A stretch of 64,000 nt of DNA, from the NCBI GenBank assembly GCA_044237845.1, contig JBIIEL010000007.1:61-64060 (forward strand), read 5' to 3'. Positions within the stretch are counted from its first letter, which is position 1. Each line of letters starts with the position of its first letter. Positions 46,784-55,585 of this stretch are shown here, one piece after another. The position numbers and the translations under genes are program-made. Source of the stretch: Rickettsiales bacterium (GTDB lineage Bacteria > Pseudomonadota > Alphaproteobacteria > Rickettsiales > UBA3002). The notes beneath the pieces are model-generated. The model made no database searches, was not told where the DNA came from, and was given only the letters and a program-made list of their open reading frames with translations.

Positions 46784-47515
46784 CTAGCTTGCGGCTTCTT
46801 CGATGTCGCAGCTGCCAGATTCCGAACAACTGCCGCAGACAAAATCACGTAGCTTGCCGATGTTGCCGATAGCGATATTGTGCCCGCTGACCACAATGCC
46901 AAGCGGTTTCAACTGCTGCTGGCTGCGCGAGAGGGTCTCGGGCTTCATGCCAAGATAGGCGGCGAGGATATGTTTCTCCACCGGTATCTGAAGCGTTTTG
47001 GCGCCATCCGCCTGCGTATGGCAGAGCCGCAGCAAAAAACATCCCAGCCGCTGCGCGGCGCTCATGGTGGTCATATGCTCCAGCTTTAACTGTGCCTGAG
47101 ATGTGCGGGCATTCAACAATGCCATCACATGCGTGGAGATGGCACTGTTCTGGGCAATCACGCCACGCAGTGTGGCCGCCGGGATAGCCATCAGCTCGGC
47201 GTCGTTGCCCAGGACCTCGGCCGTATAGGGGTAGTTCGCATGAGGAAACAGCGCCGCTTCGCCAAAAATATCGCCCTCCGTACATAACCCGATGACAGTT
47301 TCCTTGCCATCCGGCGTTTGCCGCGTGAGCTTCACCCAGCCATGATACACCAGCCACAGGCACGAGGCTGCGTCGCCATGCGAAACCACACGGTCGTTGT
47401 TGAGAAATGCGCGGGTACGCAGCGACCCAGCGACACTGTCCCACACGGCCGGATCTCCGGCAAACAACGGGTGTGCGGCAATAGCGCCGTTTGATTTGGG
47501 CTGTGGTTTGTTCAT
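46784..47515 (-). CDS. Crp/Fnr family transcriptional regulator with a C-terminal Cys cluster
   Basis: 243 aa. cNMP-binding-like fold (GDIFGEAALF) and an HTH (ILAAYLGMKPETLSRSQQQL). The C-terminus is FVCGSCSESGSCDIEEAAS. No N-terminal Cys cluster. Confidence 0.85.
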   Translation of the reverse strand: MNKPQPKSNGAIAAHPLFAGDPAVWDSVAGSLRTRAFLNNDRVVSHGDAASCLWLVYHGWVKLTRQTPDGKETVIGLCTEGDIFGEAALFPHANYPYTAEVLGNDAELMAIPAATLRGVIAQNSAISTHVMALLNARTSQAQLKLEHMTTMSAAQRLGCFLLRLCHTQADGAKTLQIPVEKHILAAYLGMKPETLSRSQQQLKPLGIVVSGHNIAIGNIGKLRDFVCGSCSESGSCDIEEAAS

Positions 47516-47687
47516 GCGCGCAGTATAGGATGTCCATACAGAATGGCAATAGCAGAGGTTATTCCATTACTTTGTGGCATCCTTCGTGGCGAAGCCAGCA
47601 GTGACGAGGACTGCGAGCGCGGCGGTAGCGAGTTGTTCTTATGGAGAGAAACCCAGCAAGCTTCTGTTAATTTTTATTTAATGGCTG

Positions 47688-47708
47688 ATATTGTGCACAG
47701 CACAATAT
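47688..47708. promoter_or_regulatory. Perfect 9-bp-arm palindrome ATATTGTGC-ACA-GCACAATAT (candidate operator)
   Basis: Seen directly in the sequence. It lies ~90 bp upstream of the preferred start (47794) of the oxidoreductase gene. Confidence 0.45.
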
Positions 47709-47793
47709 GAAGCGGTCAGAATTTGCTTCCCAATATGTCCATTTCATGGTGTGTTCGCCCGCCATTACGGCATGGTCGCGATCAGAGGATAAA

Positions 47794-50700
47794 ATGGCGC
47801 AGGCAGCATTGAAATCGGCAGACGTTTCGCTCGAAGATAAGTTCACGCTTGAAGAAGGCCAAGCCTATATGTCTGGGCTTCAGGCGCTTGCGCGTATCGC
47901 GATTGTACAGCGCCGCCGCGATATAGCGGCAGGTCTGAACACGGGTGGGTTCATTTCCGGCTATCGTGGTTCACCGCTCGGCGCGCTTGACCGCGAGTTG
48001 TCGCATGCTAACCGCTACTACAAAGATATGGACGTCAAATTTCTACCCGGCGTCAACGAGGACTTGGCAGCCACCGCCGTATGGGGCACACAGCAGGTGG
48101 GCCTTATCCCCGGTGCAAAAAAAGATGGCGTGTTCGGCATCTGGTACGGCAAAGCCCCCGGCGTAGACCGCAGCATCGACGTGATGCGACATGCGAGCGC
48201 CAACGGCACCGCGCCGCTCGGCGGCGTACTTGCCATCGTCGGTGACGATCATGGCTGTAAATCATCGACACTCTCCTGCCAGAGTGATCATGTGCTATAT
48301 GCAATGCAGATGCCCCTGCTCTACCCTGAGAGCCTCTCGGAGTTTGTAGAATACGGGCTGCTCGGCATTGCCATGAGCCGCTATTCCGGCTGCTGGACGG
48401 CGCTGAAAGTCACCACCGCCACGGTAGAAACTTCTGGCACGGTAGATCTGACGCGCGAACAGCGCGAGATTTCCATGCCGACCGCAGATGAATTTACCAT
48501 GCCGCCCGGCGGTCTCAGCATTCGTTTGAATGATGTGCCACGCGATATCGACTGGCGTCTGCAGAACTACAAGCTCTTCGCCTGCCACGCCTTTGCGCGC
48601 AAAAATAAAATTGACCGCATCGTGATGGATTCGCCCAAGCCACGCTTTGGTATCATCACCGCAGGAAAATCCTATGGCGATGTACGTCAGGCGCTCACCG
48701 ATTTAGGCATTACCGATGACGTCGCGCGCGATATTGGCCTCCGCGTCTACAAGGTGGGTATGACATGGCCGATGGAGCCGCAGGGCATCAAGGCTGCTGT
48801 CGAGGGATTGGAAGAAGTACTGATCGTCGAAGAAAAGCGCGAGTTCATCGAATATCAGCTAAAACAGTTTGTCTATAACTGGGAAGCAGGACGCCGCCCC
48901 GCCACCATCGTCGGAAAATACGACGAAAAAGGCGATAAGCTGCTGCCACTTGAGAACGACCACTCAGTCGGCATGATCACGCATGTCATCTCCAAGCGCA
49001 TTGCACGTTTCTATCACAACGACAAAGTGGAAACGGCACTGAAGTTTTACGACGACTATAATTTGCGCGAGAAGAACTACCTGCCCCCCTCGCAACGCAA
49101 ACCGTATTATTGCTCCGGTTGCCCGCACAACACGTCAACCAAAGTGCCCGATGGTAGTTTCGCCATGGTTGGTATTGGTTGCCATTACATGGTGCAGTGG
49201 ATGGATCGCAACTCGGCGCTGTGCACGCATATGGGCGGCGAAGGTGTGCCGTGGGTTGGTGCGGCACCGTTCAGCGACACCAAGCATATTTTTGCCAATC
49301 TCGGCGACGGCACCTATTTCCATTCTGGTGTGCTCGCTATTCGTCAATCTATCGCGGCGAAAGTGAACATCACTTACAAAATTCTCTATAACGACGCGGT
49401 AGCTATGACCGGCGGCCAAACGGTTGATGGTGAAATGCCCGTCTACCGCGTGGCACAGCAAGTGATCGCTGAAGGTGTCAGCAAATGCTGGATCGTGACC
49501 GAAAATCCCGAACTCTATAATGATCGCAGCAACATCCCGAGCGCGGTACGCATACTGCCTCGTCAATGGATGGATAACACCCAGAAAGAAGCGCGTGAAA
49601 CGCCTGGCACGACAGTGATTATTTACGACCAGACCTGCGCTGCCGAAAAACGCCGCCGCCGCAAGCGCGGGAAATATCCTGACCCAGCCAAACGCGTGTT
49701 TATCAATAAAGCCGTCTGCGAAGGCTGCGGCGATTGCAGCGTGCAGAGCAACTGCATGGCCGTGCAACCTGTTGAAACGGAGTATGGCCGCAAGCGCGCC
49801 ATCAACCAATCCATGTGCAACAAGGACTTCAGCTGCCTGAAGGGCTTCTGCCCCTCATTCGTCACCGTACTTGGTGGCGAACCAAAGAAAACCAAAGCAG
49901 GCTCGGTGGACGATATGTTCAGCATGATTCCCGATGCGGCGGTGCCGGAAATGGGCAACGACGCCTACAACATCATGGTCACCGGCATCGGCGGCACGGG
50001 TGTACTCACCATCGGTGGGCTACTGGGCATGGCCTCGCATCTCGAAGGCAAGCATTGCCGCGTGCTGGATCAAACCGGCCTCGCGCAAAAAGGCGGTGAA
50101 GTGCTTTCGCATGTCCGCCTTGCGAAAAGCCTCGATTCTATCAGTACCGGCCATATCACCACCGGCGGATCTGATTTGCTGCTGGCATGTGACGTGGTGG
50201 CCTCGGTCGGCAAAACAGCGCATGAAACGCTGAACCCTGCGCGCACGAAAGCTATCATCAACACCGACAACACCCCCGTTGCCGAATTCGTGACCAACAA
50301 CAATGTCGATTTCCACCAGGCGCAGGTGCGTGGCGAAATTCTTGCCGCGACGGTGAAAGACGGCCAGCATTTCGTTCCTGCATCGTCTTATGCGATGGTG
50401 CTGATGGGCGATGAAATCGCTACCAACGTCTTCATGCTTGGCTATGCGTGGCAGCAAGGCCTGATACCACTCTCCCGCGCGAACATCGAACGGGCGATTG
50501 AGCTGAATGGTGTAGCGATTCCAGCCAACAAAAAAGCGTTCAACTTCGGCCGTCTCGCGGCGCATAATCCGCAAGCGATCGAGAAAATGATGGCCGATGT
50601 ACGCGGCGAGGTGCAGGAAGAGCCAGTGGCGCAAACGCTGGAAGAGATCATCCGAAAACGCACGGCGTATCTCACCGACTATCAGGACGCCGCCTATGCC

Positions 50701-51291
50701 GCGCGTTACAGCACAGCGATTGCCGGAATCAAAGCCGCCGAAGCAGCGCTCGAAAGTACGAAGGCGACGGAAGCTGCCGCGCGGTTCTACCACAAACTGC
50801 TCGCCTATAAAGATGAGTATGAAGTGGCACGGCTTTATACGGACGGCAACTTCCTGAAGGAACTGAAAGCAACTTTCCAGGGCGATTACAAAATCCGCTT
50901 CAACCTCGCTCCACCGATCATGGAACAGAATGATCCTGCCACGGGGCGCCCGCGTAAGCGCGAGTTCGGTGCGTGGATGCTGCCTGTCTTCGGTATGCTG
51001 GCGAAGTTCAAGTTCCTGCGCGGCACAAAGCTCGATATTTTCGGCTACCACCACGACCGCCGCGCTGAGCGCAAACTCATTGCGGACTATGAGGCGGATA
51101 TGGCGCTAGTACAAAAAACGCTACGCAGCGACACGCTGGAGATTTGCGCTGAACTGCTTTCTGTGCCGGATGAGATTCGCGGCTATGGCCCCGTCAAGGA
51201 TGCAAGCCTTAAAAAAGCGCAAGCCAAACGCGCGGGGCTACGTGCGATGCTTGAAGGCGGCGTCACACACGCGCAGAAGAAAGCGGCTTAG
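47794..51291 (+). CDS. Indolepyruvate ferredoxin oxidoreductase family protein (fused alpha/beta, ~1165 aa)
   Basis: N-terminus MAQAALKSADVSLEDKFTLEEGQAYMSGLQAL..., TPP-binding region GDGTYFHSG and ferredoxin-like CEGCGDCSVQSNC. ATG at 47794 follows GAGGA. Confidence 0.9.
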   Translation: MAQAALKSADVSLEDKFTLEEGQAYMSGLQALARIAIVQRRRDIAAGLNTGGFISGYRGSPLGALDRELSHANRYYKDMDVKFLPGVNEDLAATAVWGTQQVGLIPGAKKDGVFGIWYGKAPGVDRSIDVMRHASANGTAPLGGVLAIVGDDHGCKSSTLSCQSDHVLYAMQMPLLYPESLSEFVEYGLLGIAMSRYSGCWTALKVTTATVETSGTVDLTREQREISMPTADEFTMPPGGLSIRLNDVPRDIDWRLQNYKLFACHAFARKNKIDRIVMDSPKPRFGIITAGKSYGDVRQALTDLGITDDVARDIGLRVYKVGMTWPMEPQGIKAAVEGLEEVLIVEEKREFIEYQLKQFVYNWEAGRRPATIVGKYDEKGDKLLPLENDHSVGMITHVISKRIARFYHNDKVETALKFYDDYNLREKNYLPPSQRKPYYCSGCPHNTSTKVPDGSFAMVGIGCHYMVQWMDRNSALCTHMGGEGVPWVGAAPFSDTKHIFANLGDGTYFHSGVLAIRQSIAAKVNITYKILYNDAVAMTGGQTVDGEMPVYRVAQQVIAEGVSKCWIVTENPELYNDRSNIPSAVRILPRQWMDNTQKEARETPGTTVIIYDQTCAAEKRRRRKRGKYPDPAKRVFINKAVCEGCGDCSVQSNCMAVQPVETEYGRKRAINQSMCNKDFSCLKGFCPSFVTVLGGEPKKTKAGSVDDMFSMIPDAAVPEMGNDAYNIMVTGIGGTGVLTIGGLLGMASHLEGKHCRVLDQTGLAQKGGEVLSHVRLAKSLDSISTGHITTGGSDLLLACDVVASVGKTAHETLNPARTKAIINTDNTPVAEFVTNNNVDFHQAQVRGEILAATVKDGQHFVPASSYAMVLMGDEIATNVFMLGYAWQQGLIPLSRANIERAIELNGVAIPANKKAFNFGRLAAHNPQAIEKMMADVRGEVQEEPVAQTLEEIIRKRTAYLTDYQDAAYAARYSTAIAGIKAAEAALESTKATEAAARFYHKLLAYKDEYEVARLYTDGNFLKELKATFQGDYKIRFNLAPPIMEQNDPATGRPRKREFGAWMLPVFGMLAKFKFLRGTKLDIFGYHHDRRAERKLIADYEADMALVQKTLRSDTLEICAELLSVPDEIRGYGPVKDASLKKAQAKRAGLRAMLEGGVTHAQKKAA

Positions 51292-51881
51292 CGAATATAA
51301 TACTTCCGGCCAGATTCCATCGCCCATGTGGCACCTTGCGCGTGAGAGGCTGGAGTGAGTAGACCGTCCCTGCGTGTCATTGCGCTGGCGGGGAATTGTT
51401 CTGTCATCACGAGCCGTAGGTAAGGAAGCTCACCTTCTACAATCACATGGCTCTTGCGGCCAACATCAATCGATTCCACAAGCTTTGACCATACCCGAAG
51501 GCGCTCGGCAACATCTGTCCCCGCCGCATGCATTGCATCCAGCGCATTGAATACTTTAAGTTGATAGGGATTGAGCCGCATCACGCGCTCGCCCACAAAC
51601 AACAGTGCTCCTTCGCGCCGATAAACCGTCCATGGATGCATATGGTTAAACGGCTCGATACTGTGGCGAATGCTGAAGTTTGGCATATCGATCCGCCCCT
51701 CAATGCGCAGCACCATTACTGCTTCCATTGTCAGTGGCAGCCCCAAATTCAACGCATCATAATTGGTAAGCGCGGAAACCTCCGCATGAGTAAATCGTTT
51801 CGTGTGCGGTGCGACGCCATTCTCACTAGGAGGAAACGTGACTTCTATCCCAATCGCATCATGGTGGAATGGCGCGCTCAT
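51288..51881 (-). CDS. Hypothetical soluble protein (197 aa), third gene of the stator-like module
   Basis: ATGA overlap with the upstream MotB-like gene. No TM segment or catalytic motif recognised. Its stop overlaps the convergent oxidoreductase stop. Confidence 0.55.
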   Translation of the reverse strand: MSAPFHHDAIGIEVTFPPSENGVAPHTKRFTHAEVSALTNYDALNLGLPLTMEAVMVLRIEGRIDMPNFSIRHSIEPFNHMHPWTVYRREGALLFVGERVMRLNPYQLKVFNALDAMHAAGTDVAERLRVWSKLVESIDVGRKSHVIVEGELPYLRLVMTEQFPASAMTRRDGLLTPASHAQGATWAMESGRKYYIR

Positions 51882-52567
51882 GGCTGCGACTGCTCCATAT
51901 TATTCGCGCGCATGGTAAACCGCACGTCAATGCGGCGATTTGGATCAAGCACATAGGTCACCACCGGACGACGATCCGCATAGGCACTCACACCCACCAG
52001 TGGCTGATGATTGGGGTTCATAATCGCCTGCTCCAATTCAGGGGCTGCTTCCATCATTTTTTTATACACCGCGATAGAACGGAACGCCGAAAGCTCCCAG
52101 TTTGTAAATCCTTGGGGACTGTTAAACGGTCGATTATCCGTATGTCCTTCCACCAGCACCGTATCGAGCATCACCGGTTGTTTCTCCCACTTGCAGGGAC
52201 TGGTGGATTCCGACGCGCAAGGCAGAATTTCCTGCATCACTATCGCCAGCGATTCAACTGCCTTCTGGCCTTCTGGCAGTAACGTCCACTGGCCAGAATC
52301 AAACAGAAGCGATTCAGGGAGCCTCACTACACCATTTGTAAAATCAAGCGTCACAGGCGTACCGCGCTCTTTCATGCGTCGCTCAATCTCACGCAGAATA
52401 TTCGCACGTATTTGCTCGGTAATAATGACAGGCTTTGACGTTTCCGACTGCTTCATATTCAGCGCGAACACCATCAGTAGCAGGATAAAAAGAAAGATAA
52501 CCCCCACTAGTAAATCAGTGAACGAGGTGAAGAAATGCTCAGTGGATTCTTCCGTATCTTGGCTCAT
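51878..52567 (-). CDS. MotB-like / OmpA-family peptidoglycan-binding protein
   Basis: N-terminal TM with an Asp (FTSFTDLLVGVIFLFILLLMVF). OmpA-like C-domain (VVRLPESLLFDSG, VLVEGHTDNRPF, NWELSAFRSIAV, NRRIDVRF). Confidence 0.8.
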   Translation of the reverse strand: MSQDTEESTEHFFTSFTDLLVGVIFLFILLLMVFALNMKQSETSKPVIITEQIRANILREIERRMKERGTPVTLDFTNGVVRLPESLLFDSGQWTLLPEGQKAVESLAIVMQEILPCASESTSPCKWEKQPVMLDTVLVEGHTDNRPFNSPQGFTNWELSAFRSIAVYKKMMEAAPELEQAIMNPNHQPLVGVSAYADRRPVVTYVLDPNRRIDVRFTMRANNMEQSQP

Positions 52568-52568
52568 G

Positions 52569-53342
52569 CTAGCGGCTCTGGTTCAGCTGAAGCGTCACTT
52601 CCGTCGCAATATCCTCGGCAAGACGTGCATAGCCGCGCGTGGTTTGCTCCTGCGCGATCAGCCACTGGTAAAGCAACTGCTCGGTGGTGATCAGCTGCGT
52701 ACGATTCTCCATCGCCGAACAGAAGTGGTGAATCTGCATATTTACCCGGTTCAACCATGCTTTCTGAATGAACGAGAGAACAATGCTCAGCGAAATCCCA
52801 GCTACGGAGCTGATGAATTTCAGACTCGCCACATCAAGCAGCTGTACAAGCGCTTGCTGAGTGTGGGTGATATCCACCCCTTGCCCCAACCCGTTAGCGG
52901 CAATTGCGATTGCCGCAACGAGGCCGATGAAGGTAAAAAACAGGCCAAGGCTGATAAGATAACCCGGCATTGCCGTGTAAAGCCGTAAGTTGATGCGTGG
53001 CGCAACGAGACTGCTTGTGTTAAAAAATTCCTGCGGACGACGCGTAATACGCACCAGCAGTCGCGCACTATCGAGCACCACAGTTTTTGAAAATTCTACC
53101 CACGGATTGGTGAAAAGGGATTCTTTACTGAAACGATCACCCAGGCTCTCGAATTGCTCATAAAACGCTTCTGAATTCGTTGTAGATTCGATGATACCCG
53201 TCGCCCGCGTTACCGCAACACGTACCGCGTTTAAGCGCACCCAGCCCTCCAGCATCGCATAGAGAAATGCAAGTAGAATAACCCCACAGAACACATACGG
53301 AGCATTCGGCGAAGAAAGGAAGTTAATGATCGACAGCCACAC
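52569..53342 (-). CDS. MotA/TolQ/ExbB-like proton-channel family protein (257 aa)
   Basis: GTG start follows GAGGTG. Three predicted TMs: YVFCGVILLAFLYAMLEGWV; MPGYLISLGLFFTFIGLVAAIAIAA; FISSVAGISLSIVLSFI. It has ExbB-like spacing and a ~60-aa C-terminal tail. Confidence 0.65.
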   Translation of the reverse strand: MWLSIINFLSSPNAPYVFCGVILLAFLYAMLEGWVRLNAVRVAVTRATGIIESTTNSEAFYEQFESLGDRFSKESLFTNPWVEFSKTVVLDSARLLVRITRRPQEFFNTSSLVAPRINLRLYTAMPGYLISLGLFFTFIGLVAAIAIAANGLGQGVDITHTQQALVQLLDVASLKFISSVAGISLSIVLSFIQKAWLNRVNMQIHHFCSAMENRTQLITTEQLLYQWLIAQEQTTRGYARLAEDIATEVTLQLNQSR

Positions 53343-53404
53343 AGGTCACCTCACAGGTTAAAGAGCCGCATTTTCTAGCAGCATCCCAGAAAAAGACCAG
53401 ATTT

Positions 53405-54586
53405 TTAGCTTAATAACTGCTCTAGTCGGTGGTGGGAGATGGAAAATTGGGTTTTGCTGGCAGTGATTTGGGCGAGCAGTGCGGTGCGTGAATCAGGCGT
53501 GAGGGGGGCGGATTTCGTAGCCACGATCATCACGTTTTTAGGCGTGTGTGCATCGGCGATGAATTCGAATAGGTTAGTGCGGTAGCCATGGAGTTCGATC
53601 AGCTGTGCGCGCATGCCGTCGGTTACCATTTCGGCAATGCGCTCGACATAGGTGCCGTATTGCATGAGGAACGCGAGCGGGTGCGCGGCAACCGCAGGCG
53701 CCATCGCGCGGCGGATTTGTTTGTGGCAGCACGGCGCCACCACAATGAGCGCCGCCCCCGCGCGGATGGCTTTGTGGATCGCGTCATCCGTCGCGGTGTC
53801 GCAGGCGTGCAGCGCGATAACGATATTCGCCCCCGTGCAGTCATAGTCCGCGATGCTGCCTTGGGCGAAACGCAGACCGGAGAATTGCGCGGCGTTTGCG
53901 ATGTTGTTGCACTGGTTCACGAGGTCGACACGGGTTTCCACGCCTGTGACCTCGGCTTTCATGCCGCGCGTGTTGACGAGATGGTCGTAGAGCGCAAACG
54001 TGAGGTAGCCCTTTCCGGCGCCCATATCAACAATACGCACCGATTCGCGCTGCGGCAGTTGTTTCACCAACCCGTCGAGAATCTCGATATATTTATTGAT
54101 CTGGCGAAATTTATCCTGCGCGTTTTTGTAGACATCTCCCTTCGCATCCGTGAGCCCGAGCGCCTGCAAATACGGCTTGTTGCGGCTTTCGACGAGGCGG
54201 TTCTTGGCGCGGTCATGCGACAAGGCTGGCGCTTCGGTATGGGTGGGCGGGTGCTCGCTCAGTCGCCACTGGTCGCCCGTTTGCGCGAGATGCAGGTCGG
54301 CCGATTGGGTATAGAGTTTGGCCTGTGCGAATTGCGCGCCGAACAGCTCGGCAAGCAGTGCGAGGCTCTCGTGTGGGGGATAATTTTTTACCACATCCCG
54401 CGTTTTATGGTGATAGGTAAAGCTGAGCATCAGCGTGCGTTTCACGCTGATGGGACGGATGTCGATGGATTTGAGGTCGCCCGCTTCTGACGTCGGTTTG
54501 CTGAGGGTTGCCTTTACAAAGCGCGCCTCTGCCACCGCATCGCCCAGCGCAGCGAGCCAATCGCGAACTGTTGAATTTTCTGCCAT
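53405..54586 (-). CDS. Class I SAM-dependent methyltransferase (Methyltransf_32-like) with an N-terminal extension
   Basis: 393 aa. Motif I IVDMGAGKGYLTF, and later ALHACDTATD. Confidence 0.7.
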   Translation of the reverse strand: MAENSTVRDWLAALGDAVAEARFVKATLSKPTSEAGDLKSIDIRPISVKRTLMLSFTYHHKTRDVVKNYPPHESLALLAELFGAQFAQAKLYTQSADLHLAQTGDQWRLSEHPPTHTEAPALSHDRAKNRLVESRNKPYLQALGLTDAKGDVYKNAQDKFRQINKYIEILDGLVKQLPQRESVRIVDMGAGKGYLTFALYDHLVNTRGMKAEVTGVETRVDLVNQCNNIANAAQFSGLRFAQGSIADYDCTGANIVIALHACDTATDDAIHKAIRAGAALIVVAPCCHKQIRRAMAPAVAAHPLAFLMQYGTYVERIAEMVTDGMRAQLIELHGYRTNLFEFIADAHTPKNVMIVATKSAPLTPDSRTALLAQITASKTQFSISHHRLEQLLS

Positions 54587-54667
54587 AGCGCCTCATTAAG
54601 CGCGTGACGGCCACCTTGCAAGCGCGCAAAGGTTGGATTTGCCAAAAATGCTGGTATGGATGGGGCA

Positions 54668-55584
54668 TGAATGATGTTCCCCTCCATGCTATTTATGGCG
54701 CGCCACCACGGCAATTGGTGGATGTGCCAGCTGACGCCGTGCAGCTCTCGCCGCTGATGCCAGGGGCGCTTGCGCTCGAAAACTGCGTCGAGGGCAGCCT
54801 CGCCAGCGCGGTCATTGCCGCGCCGCCGGGAACGCTGGAACGCTGCTATGTGCTCGCGGGCGTGCTGCAGGCACTGGCACCCGGTGCGCCGCTCACCGTG
54901 TTGGCGCTGAAGGACAAAGGTGGCAGCCGTATTGCGGATGAGCTGCGTGGCTTCGGCTGCGATGTCACTGAAACCTCGCGCAGCCATTACCGCATTTGCG
55001 CCGCCACACGCCCCGCAGTACTGAGCGGCATCGCCGAAGCGCTGGATGCAGGGGCGATGCAACAGCACCCCGCACACGGGCTATGGACACAGCCGGGCAT
55101 TTTCAGTTGGGATCGCGTGGATATGGGTAGCGCGCTGCTGCTCGCGCATCTGCCGCCGCTGGCGGAAAAAGGTGCAGATTTCGGCTGTGGACTGGGCGTG
55201 CTGAGCCGTGCAGTGCTTGCCTCGCCGCAGGTGAGTGCGTTGACGCTGATGGATATCGATCGTCGCGCGGTGGAAGCAGCGAAGCGTAACATCGCCGACC
55301 CGCGCGCACAGTGTGTGTGGGCGGATGTGCGGCAGAACAACCTCGCCGATAGCAGCCTTGATTTCGTGGTGATGAACCCGCCCTTTCACGAGGTTGGCAT
55401 CGAAGATAAATCGCTCGGTCAGGCGTTCATCACGCAAGCCGCGCTGGTGCTGAAACCGGGTGGCGCGTGCTGGCTCACTGCCAACCGCCATCTGCCGTAT
55501 GAGGCGCTACTTCAGAGCTGCTTCCGCAACGTGCGCCGAGTGGCCGAGGCGGATGGATTCAAAATTTTCGTGGCGGAGAAATAA
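54668..55584 (+). CDS. RsmC/RlmG-like rRNA (guanine-N2) methyltransferase family protein
   Basis: MTS-domain motifs DFGCGLGVLS and VMNPPFH. ATG at 54668 is preferred over the longer track ORF. Confidence 0.7.
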
Positions 55585-55585
55585 G

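Noticed and set aside
50020-51054. Long antisense ORF (344 aa) opposite the indolepyruvate ferredoxin oxidoreductase gene. Similar long shadow ORFs occur at 59711-61069 and 61127-62050 (opposite pnp), 53588-54490 (opposite the methyltransferase), 39223-40080 (opposite ccoN/ccoO), 52011-52988 (opposite the stator-like genes) and 13541-14368 (opposite LOG).
   Set aside because: Their translations are Arg/His/Ala-rich nonsense typical of the reverse frame of GC-rich genes. The opposite strand carries unmistakable conserved proteins.
51288-53342. Possibility that the stator-like pair is simply the flagellar MotAB.
   Set aside because: This is not fully excluded. It is disfavoured because the channel protein is ExbB-sized with a three-TM layout rather than the four-TM ~290-aa MotA, because of the extra unknown gene, and because the locus is far from the flagellar cluster. 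It is kept as a finding, not as a motAB annotation.
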